Part shown: piece after piece, positions 11,767-23,645 of the stretch
Position numbering within the stretch: position 1 is the first letter of the stretch
Layout: each line of letters starts with the position of its first letter
Assembly (NCBI RefSeq): GCF_004010195.1
Contig: NC_057719.1
Location: forward strand, 42,610,742 to 42,674,741
Reading direction: 5' to 3'
From: Chiloscyllium plagiosum
Taxonomy: Eukaryota
Length of the DNA stretch: 64,000 bases
Program-made: the position numbers and the translations under genes
Notes under the pieces: generated by a model
Told to the model about the DNA's origin: nothing
The model's database searches: none
The model's input: only the letters and a program-made list of their open reading frames with translations

Positions 11767-14700
11767 TCTGAATTATATCGACAATTATTTTACTTTATCC
11801 CTTTTTTCCACCCTTCTTTTTTTTCCTCTCTTTTTCTTATCTTTATTTATAATCTACCTTGTTTACCTGGTTGTTTGGGGGTAATTTGGATTTTTCCTCT
11901 AATATATGTTTGGATTATAAGTTTATATTTTATTTTATGTCGCTGCTTTGCCAAGAATGTCTAGAATAATAGTGTGGAAGGGAGGGGTTGGATACCCACT
12001 TCTGGTTTCCTTGATATAAGATATTGGCATCTGTTTATCTTACTTTGTGATGTCTGGGGTGAGGGCACAGCTCCAGCTGGAAGGAGTCATGGTGGGATTA
12101 TTGGATGGTAGGAGTGCCCCCTGTGGACAAAGGGGAACGACTCCTTTTAGTTATGTTTTATGTTATCTGTTGGGAGTAGTTTTTGGTAGTTTTGATTTAG
12201 CAGTGTTAAAGGTTGTATTTTTAAATCTATGTGAATTGTTTACAGTTTCTACTCAATGCTCTATGAGTGGGTTCTTCCTCCTGGGGGGTCTCGGATCTTC
12301 CTGAACGATCATGGCTAGTCATTTATTTAAATGGTGCACCTGGAATGTTAAAGGGAGTCATTCTCCACTTAAAAGGAAAAAGATACTGTCAAATCTTTAA
12401 AAAACAGAAGGTTGATGTAGCCCTTTCATAGGAAACACACCTAACTGACAAGGAGCATTTGAAGCTGCAGCAGGGGGGATTTGGTCAGGTGTTCTTCTCA
12501 TCTTTCAACTCAAAGTAGAGGCGTAGCCAATCTTGTCCGGAAGAATCTTTCATTTCAAATGTTAAGCTAAATAAAGGATGAGTCTGGGCGGTTTATAATA
12601 CTTAAAGTTCTAATATATGGAGAGGAGTACGGGATTTTGAATGTATATTGCCCCCCAGCACATCCTTTTAAGTTTGTAACAGATGCACTTTCCAGATTGA
12701 TGGCCCTTGAGACGTGTCACACGATTATAGGGGGAGATTTCAACTGTATTATTGATCCCAAGATGGACAGAATACCTAGGAGCTCTGCGGGTATATCTCT
12801 GCAGTCTAGACAGTTGGTGGATTTGATTAGGGAGTTGGGACTGGTGGATATGTGGGGATGTCTTCACCCTGAGGGTAGAGATTTTACTTTTTATTCTAAC
12901 CCACATAAGTGTTATACCAGAATTGATATGTCTTTTACCCCTTTGACTGTTTTGAATTCAATACTGTCCAGCAAAATAGGGAATATAGCTGTTTTCGACC
13001 ATGCGGCAGTGTATATGGAGGTCAAGGCTGGTGGTGATGAGATGGACTCCCAGACTGGCATGTGGACCCTTTCTTACTGAAAGGTAGTAAGTTCATAGAA
13101 TAATTTTCGCAGGAATTTAAAGCTTTCTGGCATATCAACTTAGGTTCGGCCAGTAACCCATCGGTGATGTGGGAGACTGCCAAGGCCTATGCGCAGGGCT
13201 TGATTATCTCATATTATGTGACCTGGAAATGACAGAGGGGAGAACAACAACGTCTGCTTGAGGCTCGCTTGAAGGCAGCTGAGTCAGCATATGTTGATAG
13301 GCCATCCATAACTAAACTACAGTGGCTTACAGCTTCAGGACTACTTTGAATGTTGCACTTACTCAAACAGCAAAGAGGGAGATACTATTTGTGAAGCAGA
13401 GACTATTTGAATACGGCGATAGGTATCTAGCATATCCTGCCAGAAAGAAGAAGGCTCCCCAATCCATTACATCTGTTACAGAGAGTGCTGGTACTTTGAT
13501 CTGTGATCCTAAAAAGATCAATGCAGCATTTAGAAAGTTCTATTTTGAGTTGTATCAGTTGGAGGGCTGTGAAGATGGAGCGAGGAAGATGGAACCCTTT
13601 TTTAAGAACTTGGACCTTTCAGGTTTTACCTTGGAGCAGCTCCAGAGCAGTAAAACGCCCGGGCCAGATGGATGTCAGACTGAGTTCTATAAAGAGTTTA
13701 TAGATGAACTAGCCAGACCACTGATAGAATATATAACTATTCATTTAGTCAGGGTTGTCTCCCACCCTCCTTAAGAAAGGGAAAGCCACTGATGACTGTA
13801 CTTCGTACAGACCTATATCCTTATTGAATGTGGATTTTAAAATCCTGTTGAAAATGTTGGCATTAAGACTGGAGAGGGTCTTTATCATAAAAGAGGATCA
13901 GACGGAGTTTAATAAGGGTTGCAAATCATTAATAACATTAGAAGAGTGCTAAATATGGTACAAGTATGCCAGCAAAGAGTGATACTGGGCTTGGTTGCCC
14001 CCCCGCCAATGCAGAGAAAGCATTCGATTGGGTGGAATGGCTGTATCTTTTTTGTATCATGGAGCGGTTTGGCCTTGTAGAGGTTTTTACCAAATGGGTT
14101 GCAGTGCTATATAGTGACCTGAAAGCAGCAGTGCTTACTAATGGCATAAGATCAGATAGTTTTAGTACTGGCAGAAGTTGTCGTCAAGGGTGCCCTCTTT
14201 CGCTATTATTATTTACAGTAGTGATTGAACTCCTGGCAGAAGCTATCTGGACAGACCCAGTGTAATGGCCCCGGAGGTAGGATCAAGCAAGCACAAAATT
14301 ACTCTCTGCGCTGATGACGTCCTTCTTTTCTTAACTGATCCATTGACATCCGTACTCCACTTCATACAAGCAGTTAATTCTTTCGGTACACTTTCTGGGT
14401 ACAAGCTTAATCTTATGAAATCAGAAGCCATGCCGCTAGGAGGTCGAACTAGCATATCCAACTTTGCGGATGGAACCAGCTTCCCCTTTCAGTGGTCACA
14501 GGGAGGTTTTCTCTACTTAGGCATTTTTATAACCCTGGCATTTGATCAGTTATACAAAGCTAACTATGTGCATCTGTCAGAGTAAATAAGACAGGACCTC
14601 TGGCACTGGGAAGATCTCCCAATATCCTGGCTGAGAAGAATAGCTCTGGTCAAGATGAATGTTCTCCCTCGGCCTATTATACCCTATGAGAATGCTTCCT

Positions 14701-15384
14701 TTGATATTGCTGAAACAAGTGCTGCGTAGGTTTTATGGCTGGCTCGGTTCCTTTGTTTGGCATTAAAGACAGCCCCTTATCAAATTTGATAAATTGCAGC
14801 TTCCACAAGAAAGTTGGGGGAGGGTTGGGGTGGTGTCTAGATATTCCAGATATTAGGAAGTTCCAGCTGACCTCCTTGTTATCATTTGTGGCTGATTGGG
14901 TCTCTTGTGATCTACAATCAATTTAGTTGGATATCGAGGCTTCCCAGGCAAAATGCCCCCCTCATCAACCTATTGTTTATGGATAGGATAAGAACTGTCA
15001 TAGATCATTGTAAAAGCCCAATTGTCCTCAACACAAACAAAGCTTGAAGGATGATTCGACAAAGTGAGGGTAATCTCCAAAAACCTCCCCCTTCACTCCT
15101 ATGGTGGGAATGTTGGGTATTCAGCCGGGCCTGATAGATGCTGGCTTTAAACTTTGGGAGACCAGAGGAATCTCCTGCTTGGGAGATATATTCAATGGGG
15201 AGGTCCTGATGTCCTTCGAACAGTTACGTCAGAAGTTCGGGTTACCTAGCAAGGACCTTTTTTCGATACTTTCAAATATGAGACTTCATACAGAAAAAGA
15301 CCACATTGATGGTCAACCCTTATAAATCAGATTGGAGAGTGCTTCGGTTGATGGGTGCCCCCTCGGTCAGTACTCCCTATCATT

Positions 15385-15678
15385 TTAATTAATTTTTAAA
15401 AATTACATTACAGTGTGGAAACAGGCCCTTCGGCCCAACAAGTCCACACCGACCCGCCAAAGCACAACCCACCCATACCCCTTCACCTAACACTACAGGC
15501 AATTTAGCATGGCAAATTCACCTGGCCTGCACATCTTTGGATTGTGGGAGGAAACCAGAGCAAACCCACACAGATACAGGGAGATACCCACACAGTCAGT
15601 CGCCTGAGGCGGGAATTCAACCCGGGTCTCTGGCACTCTGAGGCAGCAGTTCTAACCACTGTGCCACCGTGCCGCCCA
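15385..15678 (-). mobile_element. HE1-like SINE inserted in L1-B ORF2
   Basis: Reverse complement of the 3078-3312 family, 5' end gggcggcacggtggcacagtggttag. Confidence 0.85.
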
Positions 15679-16717
15679 AACATTTGCTAGGTAATAATGT
15701 GTCGAAGGACATGGAATGACTATTTAAAACCTGTACTCAAGAATTGAGAGTGAACATCTCCTCAGAGATGTGGGAGGACATCTGGGAAAGTGCCAGGAAG
15801 ATGTCTATCTGTAATAGGACTCAAGCTATTCAATTGAAGATACTTCATAGGGCCCATATGGCACCAGAGCGGCTTGCATAGTTTAAGATAGGAGTGTCTC
15901 CAATGTGTCCTAAATGTAAAATAGACATTGGTACTCTCAATCATTGTTTGCGGACATGCCATAAGATCCGTAGATACTGCGACAGCATGGCAAATGCCTT
16001 AACAAATATCTTGGGAATGGAAATTGGATTGGATCTGGTGTCTCTCCTTTTGGATTTCCCAAATTTTCCTTCTCAAGATACACATGGGAAGAAACTGTTT
16101 ACTATCCTTTCCTTTTGTGCGAGGAAAAACATCTTAGCAAGCTGGGTATCGGAAAATCCCCCAAGACTCTCGAATTGGCATAGGATAGTTATGGAACACG
16201 TTCGCTTGCACTTCCTTACGAATATGGTGCATCAAAAAACGGAATTGTTTTATAGAACATGGCAGCCCTTTTTGAGCTATGTCGATGTTGATGTATTGGC
16301 CATATTATCTAGGACCTTTGTCGAGCCATGGGGATGATGTCTGTCGGTTCGGGGCCCCCTGGAGGAAGAATCCTGTATAAATGCGGGTCTGCACACGATT
16401 GCTCCCATCGATTGGGAGCTACAATGCGAATGCATTGAGTGTTGGAACTTTATTGCATGTAAAATAAGCTATTTTGTTATGACTTGATAGAATTCTATTT
16501 TGAATGTTTAATTATTTATCCTTTTCTTTGTTAGTTATTTACTGTATTGTAGTTTTTTTTAATATAGAGTTTTTTATATACTTAGTGTGTTGGTAGTTTG
16601 TAGAATAGATTAATTGTTTGTTTTCTTTATTTATATTGTTGTTATTATATTGTTAAGTGATTACACCATTTTGTATTAGTATTAGTTTTGTAATTATGTA
16701 AAGAAAAAACCCAAAAA

Positions 16718-18211
16718 GAGTCATAGAGATGTACAGTATGGAAACAGACCCTTCAGTCCAACCCGTCCATGCCGACCAGATATCCCAACCCAACCTAGAC
16801 CCACCTGCCAGCACCGGAACCATATCCCTCCAAACCCTTCCTATTCATATACCCGTCCCGATGCCTTTTAAATGTGTTAATTGTACCAGCCTCCACCACT
16901 TCCTCTAGCAGTTCATTAGATACACGTACCACCCTCTGTGTGAAAAAGTTGCCCCTTAGGTCTCTTTTATATCTTTCCCCTCTCACCCTAAACCTATGCC
17001 CTCTAGTTCTGGTCTCCTCCATCCCAGGAAAAGACTGTATATTTATCTTATCCATGCCCCTCATCATTTTATAAACCTCTATAAGGTCACCCCTCGGCCT
17101 CTGACGCTCCAGGGAAAACAGCCCCAGCCTGTTCAGCCTCTCCCTATAACTCAAATCCTCCAACCCTGGCAACATCCTTGTAAATCTTTTCTGAACCCTT
17201 TCAAGTTTAACAACATCTTTCCGATAGGAAGGAGACCAGAATTGCACACAATATTCCAACAGTGGCCTAACCAATGTCCTGTACAGTTGCAACATGACCC
17301 CCTAACTCCTGTACTCAAAACTCTGACCAATAAAGGAAAACATACCAAACGCCTTCTTCACTATCCTATCTACCTGTGACTCTACTTTCAAGGAGTTATG
17401 AACCTGCACTCCAAGGTCTCTTTGTTCAGCAACACTCCCTAGGACCTTACCATTAAGTGTATAAGTGCTGCTAAGATTTGCTTTCCCAAAATGCAGCAGC
17501 TCACATTTATCTGAATTAAACTCCATCTGCCATTTCTCAGCCCATTAGCCCATCTGATCAAGATCCTGTTGTAAACTGAGGTAACCTTCTTCACAGTCCA
17601 CTACTTAGTAAGTTTGCAGATGACACCACTTATACCTCTTATGCTTGCATCCAAATCATTTATGTAAATGACAAAACATAGTGGACCCAGCACCAATCCT
17701 TGTGGCACTCCACTGATCACAGGCCTCCAGTCTGAAAAACAACCCTCCACCACCACCCTCTGTCTTCTACCTTTGAGCCAGTTCTGTATCCAAATGGCTA
17801 GTTCTCCCTGTATTCCATGAGATCTAACCTTGATAATAAGTCTCCCATTGGGAACCTTGTCGAACGCCTTACTGAAGTCCATATAGATCACATCTACTGC
17901 TCTGCCCTCCTCAATCTTCTTTGTTACTTCTTCAAAAAACTCAGTCAAGTTTGTGAGACATGATTTCCCACGCACAAAGTTATGTTGACTATCCTGAATC
18001 AGTCCTTGCCTTTCCAAATACATGTACATCCTGTCCCTCCGGATTCCCTCCAACAACTTGCCCACCACCGAGGCTCATCGGTCTATAGTTCCCTGGCTTG
18101 CCTTTACCGCCCTTCACCGCCCTTCTTAAACAGTGGCACCACGTTTGCCAACCTCCAGTATTCTGGCACCTCACCTGTGACTATCGATGCTACAAATATC
18201 TCAGTAAGAGG
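16718..18211 (-). mobile_element. 5'-truncated CR1 LINE (RT region and 3' end)
   Basis: ORFs 17601-18068 ([23 protein letters not shown]) and 16795-17295; tail gagtcatagag. Confidence 0.92.
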
Positions 18212-18512
18212 TGGGTGGAGGTTTTATATCGCCACCCTCTGGCTGTGGTCATCACCAACAGGGCGAAGTCTGGGAACTTTAGGATTGGTAGGTGTAGTTG
18301 TCAAGGCCCCCTTTCACTGTTGTCGTTTACGTTGGTGATAGAACTGCTGGCAGAGGCCATTCATCAGAACGTTCACATAACCACTCCGGAAGTGGGATCA
18401 AGGGCACACAAGATTATACTGTAGGTGGATGATATCCTTCTGTTTTTATCGGACCCAATAACCTCTGTACCCTATCTGGTACAATGTATCAATTCATTTG
18501 GGGCCATTTCAG

Positions 18513-18697
18513 GATTAGTTTAGATTAGATTAGATTCCCTACAGTGTGGAAACAGACCCTTTGGCCCAACCAGTCCACACTGACCCTCCGAAGAGTAACC
18601 CACACAGACCCATTTCACTCTGATTAATGCACCTAGCACCATAGGCAATTTAGCATGGCCAATTCACCTAGCCTGCACATCTTTGGATTGTGGGAGG
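18513..18697 (-). mobile_element. 5'-truncated HE1-like SINE or CR1 tail inserted in L1 ORF2
   Basis: (ttaga)n tail and ctacagtgtggaaacag; flanked by aggat on both sides. Confidence 0.75.
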
Positions 18698-20520
18698 ATA
18701 TAAGATCAACTTTGCAAAATCAGAGGATATGCCTTTGGGCAACCTCAAGGAAGTGCCAGAGATTGAAGGTGGCTGTAGGTTCCCCTTTAAGTGGTCACGG
18801 GCAGGGTTCTGATATCTAAGCATTTTTATTACCCCCAAGTTTGATCTGTTATTTCAGACTAACTTTGCTCACTTGCTCGACAATATTAGGCAGGATCTCC
18901 AGAGATGAGAGGCTGTTCCAATTTCATGGTTGGGCTGAATATCTCTCATTAAGATGAATGTTCTCCCTCATTTGCTTTATCCCATGTGTATGCTCCCTAT
19001 AATATTTCCCAGGTCAACGCTGCAGAAGCTTATGGGTTGGTTTGGTTCCTTTGTCTGGCATCGTGGGTGGCCCCTCATCAAACTTACTGAATTGCACTTG
19101 CCTCAAGGAGTGGGGGAGTTGATTTCCCAGACATCAGGAGGTATCAATTGTTGTCCCTGTTGACCTTTGTCTGCGATTGGGTAGGTAACAATCCGGGCTC
19201 AGTATGGCTGGATATCAAGGCCTCCCAGGCAAATTGCCCTCTTATTAACCTATTGTGGATAAGATGAGAAACCCCATTGTTAATAGTACGGTCAAAGTAT
19301 GGAGGGCGATGCGTCAGAGTGAGGGTTACTTATCCAAGACTTCGCCACTTACGCCAATAGTTGGTATGCCAGGGTTCTGACCAGGGATGATGGACTCAGG
19401 GTTCAAACTATGGGCAGCAAGAGGAGTTTCCAGTTTGGGAGACCTCTTTGCGGGGGAGGTTATGATGTCTTTCGAGCAATTGAGCCGCAAATACAAGCTG
19501 CTCAGTAGAGATCATTTCTGGTTTTTTTCAGGTTAGGGATTTCATCCAGAAGAAGACTACGCTTCTCACTAAGCCCTATAAGCCCGATACAGAGAGGTTG
19601 TTGCTAGGTTCCACAATCACCCTTTCAGTTAGTGCCCTCTATCGCCTGCTGGGTGGCAGGGCCTGGCAGGATATTAACCGGTTATATGAGGTCTGGGAGC
19701 AAGAGCTAGGGGTGGTTATCTCTTCTGAAACATGGGAGAACATATGGGAGAATACTTGAAAGATCTCAATCTGTAATGGGACATGCGCTACACAGTTAAA
19801 AGTTCTGCACAGGGCTCATCTGGCACCGGACTGACTGGCGAAGTTTAAAAAAGGGCCCCAAATGTAAAATAAGTGTAGATACTCTTACCCATTGCTTCTG
19901 GACATGCCACAGGCTTTGTGCCTATTGGATGCCATGACAGGAGAGATAGGGAGGGTACTGAGGACTGAAGTTAAAGTAGACCTGATATCTCTCCTTCTAG
20001 GTCTACCGAATTTACCATCTTTAGACAAGCATGGGAAGAAACTATTTAGTATTCTTGCATACTGTGCACGGAAGAATATTCTGATGAACTGGGTGTCTGA
20101 GAACCCGCCGGGCTGGCTGGGCTGGCAGAAATTAATTATGGAGTACATTCCCTTGGATATTTTTACAAACATGGTGCACCACACAACAGGCCATTTTTTA
20201 TTAGACATGGCAGCCCTATTTGAGTTATTTGGATATAGATTTGTCAGCTATCTTAACAATAGTGTTTGTTTAACCAGGACAGTTAGGTTTGTTGAGCCCT
20301 GGGCCCTGGAGGGGGGATCCTGAGTTAATACGGGTTAATACTGAGTTGATACAATGCTCCATTCTTTTGTTTGGGACTTTTGCGCCGAGCATAGGTTTTT
20401 TGTGTTTTTTTGTGTTTTCTTTTGCTTTTCTTTCTTTTTTTGATCTATTAGTCACTCACTTATTTATAGGTGTTGTTTTACACAGTGTTAGGGTTTGTTT
20501 TGTATTATAGGGCAGGTTAG

Positions 20521-20653
20521 CTTTATTCCTGATGAAGGGCTTTTGCCCGAAACGTCGATTTTGCTGCTCATCGGATGCTGCCTGAACTGCTGTGCTCTTC
20601 CAGCATCACTAATCCAGAATCTGGTTTCCAGCATCTGCAGTCATTGTTTTAAC
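20521..20653 (+). mobile_element. Solo PLE pLTR unit in L1 3'UTR
   Basis: 8-bp TSD caggttag at 20513-20520 and 20654-20661. Confidence 0.8.
20525..20560 (+). ncRNA. Minimal hammerhead ribozyme motif with canonical CUGAUGA core
   Basis: attc-CTGATGA-a-gggc-tttt-gccc-GAAAC-GTC-gatt. Confidence 0.7.
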
Positions 20654-21578
20654 CAGGTTAGTAGTTAGTAGACAGTAGTTGCATTGTAATTTGTGTTTTT
20701 TTCTCTTCGTTATCCTGGTATTTGTAATTGGTTGCATTTTTAATAACTTCATATTTTTGTAAAATTAAAACTTTTTTTTGCTAATAAATATATTTACAAA
20801 GCAAAATAGTTCTTGGCCACTCAAGTGTTACAGATTACTGCACAGGATAAATCTTTTCTGTGTTGCCTGTTTTAAATTAAACAGGAGGGTTTAAACCTGT
20901 GTTGTAACAACCAGGCTGCATCTCCAGGCTGTTTGCTTTCTGTTCAGATTGTTGACTCACAATGAGCATACCTGGATCCTCACAGCAACCCTACCCAACA
21001 TTGCCTGGCCTTGTTTTGTCTTTGTTCACTTTGCCCCCCTCTGCCAGAGATACTGGCCTTGTATTACTTTTGGCTTGCCTTACTGTTTAGCACAGATACA
21101 AAGACAATAAACACATCATAGTTGTCAGCAGAGCCCAATCAAGACTGGGGCAAAGGGGGTCCAGATGCAATGAGTCAAGAACAGCACTCAGAGGAATGGA
21201 CATAGCCATCCAGGGTGGTCAGAGTCAGGATGCTGTCCGTATAAGGGATGAGGAGCCAAACACTGGACAGCAAACTAATTGTCTTGACTCATTCTGCTGT
21301 TCTCAGGACCTCTCTCATTCTAGAATTGGAGAGATGCAGGTATTACAGAAATGAAAGTGGGTGGCACAGTTGTTACTTTCTAAGCAGGTGGGGAGGTGTC
21401 CCAAGTGAGTGAGTCGGTAGCACAGAGGGCATGCAGGGTTGAGGTGGATGACAATGGGTGAGAGAAGATGTTGCAGGCGATAGTGAGAGTAGGTGGAGCA
21501 TGAACCATGGTGAGAGGAGGGTCTAGCAGCAGAGACAGAGTGAAAGTGAGGTACCAGACAAAAGATGGTGGCACTTAC

Positions 21579-21798
21579 CCTCACAGAGTGGAAAAAGGGC
21601 ATTGCTGGGAATTCCTCCACACAGCTGAGACTGCTGTAACCTGGGTGGCACCACTGGACCGTGCTGGTATGGTCTGATGTCATGCCTCCACTGTTAGTCC
21701 AGGTGGAAGAGGACATCCTCCGTTTGTGCTACCCAATCCACCAGGACATACAGGTTCTCACCCACAAAGTGAGACACTAGTGTCCCTCTGTTTGCTAT
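21579..21798 (-). pseudogene. Decayed Myb/SANT-like exon, probably from a PIF/Harbinger transposon
   Basis: Minus strand gives IANRGTLVSHFVGENLYVLVDWVAQTEDVLF, then after a frameshift QTIPARSSGATQVTAVSAVWRNSQQC, ending at donor AGG|GTAAGT. Confidence 0.55.
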
Positions 21799-22619
21799 GT
21801 CACAAGCAAATGTCAGGAACTGTGCATAGCAACTCCAGACTGACAGCCCTGGTATGGGTGCACAAATACCTTTTAAAGATGATGCCGGTTCCAGGAATGT
21901 CAGGTAATTCCAGGATATCCAAGCACCGATAAATTGTTCTGGGAACAGGGTATAATAAATGGGACTGAAATTGGACAAGAGAGATGTCACAGGTGTGGAG
22001 TGGATCGTGAATGAGGTGAGTTTGGTAAGATACAGCGAGACAGTCGCCAGGCCTCATGGCAAAATTACCTCAAAAAATGTGACACACCTCCCATTTAGCC
22101 AAAAATGTAAGTTTCAGACTATTAACTCCATTTCTTTCTCCACAGATGCTAGCAGACCTACTGAGTTTCCCCAGAACTTTTTGTTTTTACACAAGAAAAT
22201 CACAATCTACTATAATTGTGATGTTGAGGGTCAAGGGTAAATTTATATGGGTTTCAAACTTTTGTTTGCTGAGTACTTTGCAATGTGCTGGTAATGTTTG
22301 GTTTTAGATGTGAATGCATTATTCTCTAATAATTCTCCCTCCTCTAATTGTCAGCCAATTCAAGTTTATTCTAGCTTTACAAAGTTTTGTGTGTAAAATT
22401 TATCATCAGTGTTTTGATTTCCTATCCCTTTAATATTTGAGTGAGCCTAGGTGACACACTGAGTTGGATAGAATTCTAATTTTCTACCTCAAAGACGTGA
22501 GTTTTGAATGACTGATTAATAGTATGAAAGGATCCTTTACTAGAATAACCTTGGAATAATTGGATCTCAATTCACAGCACTAAATTGCTTATAATTTGGT
22601 AATAAATTGATACATTAGC

Positions 22620-23140
22620 ACAGACCACCATTTTGATTTCCAGGCCTGCTCTGCAGTCAGTAAGATTATGGCTGACCTGATGTGGCCATATCTTTTTGCC
22701 CGTGCCCTATACCTCTTAACTCCTTTCTTCAATCAAAACTTTGACTAACTCAGCCTTGAATATATTCGATGACCTAACCTCCATTGCATGCTGTGGGAGA
22801 AAATTCCAAACACTAACTATTCTCTTCGATAACGAATTCCTTTTCAAGTCCATTTTAAATGGGAGATCACTCATTTTGAAATTGTGCCTTCAAGTTTTGG
22901 ATTCCTCTATGACGGGAAATATTTTCTCAGCATCAACCCTGTCAGGTTCCCTCGGAATCTGATACATCTCACTAAAGTCACCTCTTGTTTTTGTATACAC
23001 CAGTGAGTATCATTCCAATATGCTTGACCTTTCCTCATAAGCCAATCCCTCATCCCAGGAATAAGTCAAGAGGATCTTCTCTGTAACAATTCAAATGCAA
23101 ATATGTCTGTCCATAAGAGAGGTGGCAAAACCTGCATGCA
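22620..23140 (-). mobile_element. Old CR1-type LINE 3' fragment
   Basis: Degenerate match to the 31515-32060 CR1 3' region. Confidence 0.65.
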
Positions 23141-23454
23141 ATACTTTCTATATGGTTTCATCAATATCCTATATTTTTACATCAAAGTGTGAAAACTGTC
23201 ACATGAATTTTGTTTGGTTTGGGTTTGGGCTTCTTTACTCAAAACAACCAGATCACCTAGGTTGGCACGAGGCAGAGTTAGCATAATAACCATTTCCTTT
23301 CCAGAACATTCTATTTACCTTAAATGAGGCAAGACCTTTTAAAACATAATTGTTTTCTGAAGCCTTGCATTCATAACATTATGGTATTTCTCATTAGTGA
23401 CTGATTCTGACATAAATTCTGCAAAATGTCATCAACTGAAATATCCCTGATGAG

Positions 23455-23645
23455 AGCAAAATACTGCAGATTCTGGAAGTGTGAAATAAAAGCAGAAAAT
23501 GCTGGAGAAACTCAGCACAACTGGCAGTATCTATGAAGACAGGAACAAAGCTAACATTTCAATTCCAATGACTCTCCTTCAGAACTGAAGGTCTAAGGAA
23601 GTCCTATTGGACTTGAAATGTTAATTCTGTTTCTCTCACCACATA
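23455..23645. mobile_element. Old pLTR-derived unit with inverted arrangement
   Basis: aaatgctggagaaactcagc...ccttcagaactg (minus) followed by ctaaggaagtc...gaaatgttaattctgtttctctc (plus). Confidence 0.55.

Larger units (their letters stand above)
9809..16716 (+). mobile_element. L1 element B, 5'-truncated in ORF1; disrupted ORF2 ~12311-16337; T-rich 3'UTR and A-rich tail
   Basis: NRSHRKNIRLLGLP (ORF1); TWNVKG, GGDFN, TRID, FDHAAV (APE endonuclease); YRPISLLNVDFK, RQGCPLS, LCADD (RT); CPKC..HCL..C (zinc knuckle). Confidence 0.9.
18212..20806 (+). mobile_element. L1 3' part (RT C-half, C-terminus, 3'UTR), probably belonging to element A
   Basis: CSCQGPLS, KMNVLP..LYP, C-terminal LLLGLP..ARKNILMNW; AATAAA 20783-20788; followed by TSD tagttcttgg 20807-20816. 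Confidence 0.85.
8244..20909 (+). mobile_element. Solo LTR (8244-8828 plus 20807-20909) split by an L1 composite
   Basis: Termini TGTTA...TAACA; 5-bp TSD ACCAG at 8239-8243 and 20910-20914; AATAAA near 8796. Confidence 0.8.
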
